Assembly (NCBI GenBank): GCA_963791045.1
Contig: CAWBQK010000017.1
Location: forward strand, 64,001-128,000
Direction: 5' to 3'
DNA length: 64,000 nucleotides
Source of the DNA: Candidatus Latescibacterota bacterium
GTDB taxonomy: Bacteria; Krumholzibacteriota; Krumholzibacteriia; WVZY01
Under the pieces are notes generated by a model. That model saw nothing but the letters and a program-made list of their open reading frames with translations, ran no database searches and was not told the DNA's origin. A program made the translations under genes and the position numbers. This document shows positions 60,091-64,000 of the stretch, piece by piece; positions within the stretch are counted from its first letter, which is position 1; each line of letters starts with the position of its first letter.

Positions 60091-60873
60091 ATTTTTTTTA
60101 AGCGCCTGAGGGGCTATATCACGATAACGATAGCCGGGCTCGCCTTCTTGATGTGCGACCTTATACAACGAACGTTAATTGTTGTGTTAATTAAAGTTAT
60201 GCCGTCAAAGAAGGAGAAGGTGAAGATATGGTGGATGGAAGTGTGCGCTGAAGTGGCGCTTGGATCCCTCAAGTGGATTGGCGGTGCACGGTTTGACATC
60301 CGCGGCCATATCGCGGCGCGCCCGGGCGTGCTTCTTCTAATGAACCATCAGTCCCTCATAGATATACCGGTGTTGGGCAAGGTCGTTACCGGCAGCTATC
60401 CGAGCGTGATCGCACGCGCGCGTTATGCTCGAGGCATCCCTCTGATTTCACACATGATTCGGTTGTATAACCACATAACGGTCACCCCGGGCGATCGGGA
60501 TCGGGGTCAGCTGAGGGAAATCCGAAGACGGGCAATGGTGATTGAGCAGCCTCTTGGAGTGTATGCCGAGGGGACACGCTCAAGAGACGGCGAGTTGCAA
60601 CCATTCCGGACATCGGGTTTGAGGACGATTCTGACGTGCCGGAAATGGGAGGTTTACATCGTGGTTGTCGATGGGTTGTGGAAGGCAGGGCGGTTCAACG
60701 ACCTGGTGTCCAATGTCAGTTCGATCGATGCCGTCGCCGATGTGGTTGGGCCGTTCGAGTTTTTGCCCGAAAGGGACAATGCAAGGGAATTTATTCTGGA
60801 TATGGAACGACGGATGGGTGATAAACTCGCACAAATGCGTCACGGGAATAGTAACGTGCCGGATGGAGCCTAG
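60091..60873 (+). CDS. Lysophospholipid acyltransferase (PlsC family)
   Basis: NHQSLID and YAEGTRS motifs. The start is uncertain: ATT at 60091 after GGAGG, or TTG/ATG at 60148/60151. Confidence 0.85.
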   Translation: MFFKRLRGYITITIAGLAFLMCDLIQRTLIVVLIKVMPSKKEKVKIWWMEVCAEVALGSLKWIGGARFDIRGHIAARPGVLLLMNHQSLIDIPVLGKVVTGSYPSVIARARYARGIPLISHMIRLYNHITVTPGDRDRGQLREIRRRAMVIEQPLGVYAEGTRSRDGELQPFRTSGLRTILTCRKWEVYIVVVDGLWKAGRFNDLVSNVSSIDAVADVVGPFEFLPERDNAREFILDMERRMGDKLAQMRHGNSNVPDGA

Positions 60874-60894
60874 GTAGTTTTTCAAAGCGATTTA

Positions 60895-61986
60895 ATGACG
60901 GACGAAACCAGAAATATGACAACCCATGGAGGCGGGAACGAACGCAAGAGTGTCGTTCATGCTCTTCGGCCCGACGCACCCGGCGGACAGCGATCGGCGG
61001 CGAGGGACGTTGCACCGCAGGTGGTGGAGAGCCTGAAGATTATCGGCGATGCCTGTGGGTCCAATCTGGCCGCCGTGATTTTCTTCGGATCGGTTCTTGT
61101 CGCAACGTCACCGAGCAAAGACAGCGCGGCCGACCTGTTTGTGGTCGTGGAAGATTACGAACGGTTCTATCGGGATATCGGATCGCGATTGCCTCAGGCT
61201 CGACGCGCGAGCATCATGGCCGCGCTCAACAGAATGCTTCCACCCAACGTAATTTATCTCAAGGATCCGGGGGCGTTGCGCGCCGGGGCGAAGTGTTTCG
61301 TGATTAGTCGCAAGGATCTCTCCGTCGGACTCTCGAGGGAGGCGAAGGATCATTTTTGCCGGGGACGGCTCGTGCAGCGGATTCAAATCGTGTACTCGCG
61401 GGATCCGCAGGTACGTGAGGAAATCGAGATGGGGCTCGAAACGGCCCGGCGGGTAGCCCTTGAATGGGTCCCGCTGTATTTGCGGGGATCGTTTACCGTG
61501 CTCGAATTTTGCCTTCGAATGTTGGAAGTGTCTTATGCCGGCGAGATCCGGCCGGAGTCGAAATCGAGGGTGCTCGAAGTTTGCAATGCCCAGAAATCCT
61601 ACTTCCGATTGATGTACGGGCGTTTGCTTGGGGAGGCGGCAAGTGAGGGGTACCTCGAGAAGGAAGAGGATACATACAGGAGGCACAAACCGCCGACGTT
61701 TCGCGAGAAGTTCGAATGGCGGTTGTTTTTTGTGCAGTCAAAGATGCGTGCGACGCTGCGATGGTTCAAATATATGCTCACGTTTGATGATTGGCTCGAT
61801 TACATCGCGCGTAAGGCGGAGCGGCGCACGGGCGTCCGTGTCGAGTTGACGAAATCGGAGCGTCGTTTTCCAGCGCTCCTGCTCTGGCCCAAGCTATTTC
61901 GAGTCCTGAAAGCGATGGGTTTGAGCGAGCGGGTTGACACTCGACGCGACGGTGGAACAACCGAAGAGAATGGTGATCAAAAATGA
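60895..61986 (+). CDS. Nucleotidyltransferase-fold protein, possibly a Tam41-like lipid cytidylyltransferase
   Basis: FFGS...DLFVVVEDY (pol-beta-type hGS...D motif), LPPNV, GRLVQ and SYAGEIR. Coupled to the CDP-alcohol transferase gene. Confidence 0.55.
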   Translation: MTDETRNMTTHGGGNERKSVVHALRPDAPGGQRSAARDVAPQVVESLKIIGDACGSNLAAVIFFGSVLVATSPSKDSAADLFVVVEDYERFYRDIGSRLPQARRASIMAALNRMLPPNVIYLKDPGALRAGAKCFVISRKDLSVGLSREAKDHFCRGRLVQRIQIVYSRDPQVREEIEMGLETARRVALEWVPLYLRGSFTVLEFCLRMLEVSYAGEIRPESKSRVLEVCNAQKSYFRLMYGRLLGEAASEGYLEKEEDTYRRHKPPTFREKFEWRLFFVQSKMRATLRWFKYMLTFDDWLDYIARKAERRTGVRVELTKSERRFPALLLWPKLFRVLKAMGLSERVDTRRDGGTTEENGDQK

Positions 61987-62720
61987 GAAGCGAACTCCTG
62001 GTTCTCGTTCTGGCCCTGGGGACGATTGTTTTCTCGATGGTTGTGTTTCTCATGACTCCCGCTGGAAGAATCGGACAGGACCGCACCGGTCGCGGCGGAA
62101 GTTTTTTTATGGGTTTCTGGGTGAGGAACTGGTTTTACTGGTTTATCGCGCCGGTTACGCGGGTGTCGCTTGCGTTGCGACTGTCTCCGTTTGTTTACAA
62201 CGTTCTTGCCGTACTGTTTGGGATCGCGAGCATGGTGTTTTACATTCGCGGTCAACTCCCGTGGGCCGGCTGGATGATTTTGCTCAGCGGTTTTGCCGAC
62301 GTGATGGATGGGGAAGTAGCGCGCGGTAGAAATATGGCCAATGCGGCGGGCGCTTTTCTCGATTCTACGTTGGACAGGTTCAGTGAGTTCGCCGCGTTTA
62401 TCGGTCTTGCTGTTTTCTACGGGTCGGGCGCTTCCGGCGTCTGGGTCTTGATTGCGCTTGGGGGTTCGCTCCTTGTCAGCTACACCCGTGCGCGTGGGGA
62501 GAGTCTCGGGGTTCTTTGCAAGGCGGGGTTGATGCAGCGCGCTGAAAGAATGCTGATTCTTGGTTTGGGTTCGATCCTTGATCCGTCGATTTCGAGCGCG
62601 TTCGGACGTCAGCAGGGATTCGTGTTGTTGATTTTGATAATCGTGATCGCGGTTGGGACCGTGGGTACGGCTATTTACCGGACGGCGTGGATCTCGCGGA
62701 AGCTCGAGGGGAAGCAGTAA
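61983..62720 (+). CDS. CDP-alcohol phosphatidyltransferase
   Basis: DVMDGEVAR...GAFLDSTLD signature and SYTRARGE. Confidence 0.93.
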   Translation: MRSELLVLVLALGTIVFSMVVFLMTPAGRIGQDRTGRGGSFFMGFWVRNWFYWFIAPVTRVSLALRLSPFVYNVLAVLFGIASMVFYIRGQLPWAGWMILLSGFADVMDGEVARGRNMANAAGAFLDSTLDRFSEFAAFIGLAVFYGSGASGVWVLIALGGSLLVSYTRARGESLGVLCKAGLMQRAERMLILGLGSILDPSISSAFGRQQGFVLLILIIVIAVGTVGTAIYRTAWISRKLEGKQ

Positions 62721-63378
62721 CCGGCTCGTCGCCAGTCTGTTGGACGTCTTCATCAACGCCCGCCTCATTCGATTTCTTTTTCCTGTCATCCAAACGGCTT
62801 TTTACAATCGTCACAGCAAGAAGTGCGAGCGCGAGAGCCACGAGACTCCAGTTGGGGAGTCTGAGCATGTGGCCGAGGTAGGCGATCGCCCAGTAGCGGG
62901 GTGTGCGCCCCACAACCAGCGCGAGGAGATAACGTTTGAGGGGATACTTGTCGCCAAAACTCAGGAATTTGATCGGATAGAATGGAATTGGCGTGAGACC
63001 TACGACAACAAGGGCCCAAAAAGGAGATTTTCGGAACAGGACGACCGAACGTTGATAAAGGCTAAAGCTGGCATACTTGGAACGGATCCTCGGGTGGTGC
63101 ATCAGGGGGATAAAAAGCCAGTAATCCCAAATGCCGGCGATCAAGCACCCAATGACCGACGCGATGGCGCAGGCGGTCGCAGAATAATATTTGGCAAAAT
63201 ACAAGAGGACGGGTTCGTGCGAGAAGGGGGAGATAAACATGTGCGAGGGAATTGTGTAAAGCCCAAGCCACAACAACCCTCGTTCGGCGGGATACATAAG
63301 GGCGAAGAGGAGAGACGCAACCGCAAGGATCACGGCGCTTACTCCAAAACTGATCCAGCTATTTTTGCTTGATATCAC
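62671..63378 (-). CDS. VTT/DedA (SNARE-associated) family membrane protein
   Basis: HEPVLL, GLTPIPFYP and VVGRTPRY re-entrant motifs. The GTG start overlaps the radical SAM gene end. Confidence 0.75.
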   Translation of the reverse strand: MISSKNSWISFGVSAVILAVASLLFALMYPAERGLLWLGLYTIPSHMFISPFSHEPVLLYFAKYYSATACAIASVIGCLIAGIWDYWLFIPLMHHPRIRSKYASFSLYQRSVVLFRKSPFWALVVVGLTPIPFYPIKFLSFGDKYPLKRYLLALVVGRTPRYWAIAYLGHMLRLPNWSLVALALALLAVTIVKSRLDDRKKKSNEAGVDEDVQQTGDEPVTASPRASARSTPSGK

Positions 63379-64000
63379 CGTTCGATTCCGTTGAAGGTTG
63401 GGTTGCGCGACGGCCGCCATTTCGTTTGGAGAATGGCAGGTGAACGGTGTTGTTCTTGATGCTTTTCAGAACGGCCTTCGCAACCGATGGGAAATCATTG
63501 TCGACTTTGGACGCGCGGTAAACGCAGAATACCGAACATCCTTTTTCGCACCCTTTCTTCAGATTTCTCTGCTCTTCGATGTCCGCCCGCGTGTATTCGA
63601 GGATCGGCTTGTTGAGTCGTCCGCGCTGTGACGCGCAGTACTGAGCCATGCCGAACTCGTCGATATAGATGTGACGAGCGCCCGCGCGGCAGTGCCAGTC
63701 GGGTGTTTTTCCCTCGAGAAGATCCTTCCCGTATTCGTACTCGATATACGAAATGACCTTCGAATTGTCATGGTGGTAGTCCCACAGATCGATATATTCC
63801 TGGCCGGAAATCACGGTCTCTCCCCGGTCGTCGTGGAGCAGGTTGACCGTGACGGGAATGTCCATGTTCTTTAGCTCGGTGACGATTTCCTTGAATTCCG
63901 GTTTTGATTCGTCGCAGAGAACGATGTTTGCGTGGACGCTGAAATCAGCTCGCCGCAGAAGGAGTTCGACCTTTTTCTGGACCGTCTTGAGCGATTTCTG
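63359..64000 (-). CDS. C-terminal part of a probable radical SAM protein with a SPASM/twitch-like domain (partial)
   Basis: The frame is open to the window edge. WHCRAGARHIYIDEFGMAQYC...KGCEKGCSVFC Cys pattern. The CxxxCxxC motif would lie beyond the window. Confidence 0.65.
   Translation of the reverse strand, partial: QKSLKTVQKKVELLLRRADFSVHANIVLCDESKPEFKEIVTELKNMDIPVTVNLLHDDRGETVISGQEYIDLWDYHHDNSKVISYIEYEYGKDLLEGKTPDWHCRAGARHIYIDEFGMAQYCASQRGRLNKPILEYTRADIEEQRNLKKGCEKGCSVFCVYRASKVDNDFPSVAKAVLKSIKNNTVHLPFSKRNGGRRATQPSTESNGDIKQK

Noticed and set aside
1-64000. CRISPR arrays, tRNA/rRNA genes, transposases, integrases, phage or defence genes
   Set aside because: No regularly spaced repeats, cloverleaf or rRNA signatures, or recombinase motifs were seen.

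Overview
A 64 kb bacterial chromosomal window from a diderm, probably anaerobic or facultative organism, judged from the lipoproteins, outer-membrane barrels and multiheme cytochromes. An FCB-superphylum affiliation is plausible but is only inference. It holds about 60 protein genes. I saw no rRNA, tRNA, CRISPR array or mobile element. Several blocks (18.6-22.3 kb, 30.9-33.0 kb, about 48.6 kb, 54.0-55.7 kb) carry many 1-nt indels that break otherwise conserved genes. These look like uncorrected long-read errors, so I reconstructed those genes by hand across frames. Main points: (1) A tetR / multiheme cytochrome c / four-domain rhodanese operon (19.2-23.3 kb, minus strand). The cytochrome has an in-frame TGA in the context DG-U-GG followed by a SECIS-like hairpin, making it a probable selenocysteine-containing lipoprotein with about 10-11 hemes that the ORF track fragments. 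(2) An archaeal-type gatE-gatD amidotransferase pair in a bacterium that also encodes glutaminyl-tRNA synthetase 20 kb away. (3) A lipid cluster at 57-64 kb resembling a sphingolipid or phosphosphingolipid pathway (SPT-like enzyme, lipid kinase, Tam41-like nucleotidyltransferase, CDP-alcohol phosphotransferase, acyltransferase, ADC-like protein, radical SAM enzyme, VTT/DedA protein). (4) An operon of diheme peroxidase, Tat metallophosphoesterase and SoxA/TsdA-like cytochrome. (5) An ECF sigma factor divergent from a ZAS-kinase-TPR fusion. (6) sahR-ahcY with a candidate operator.
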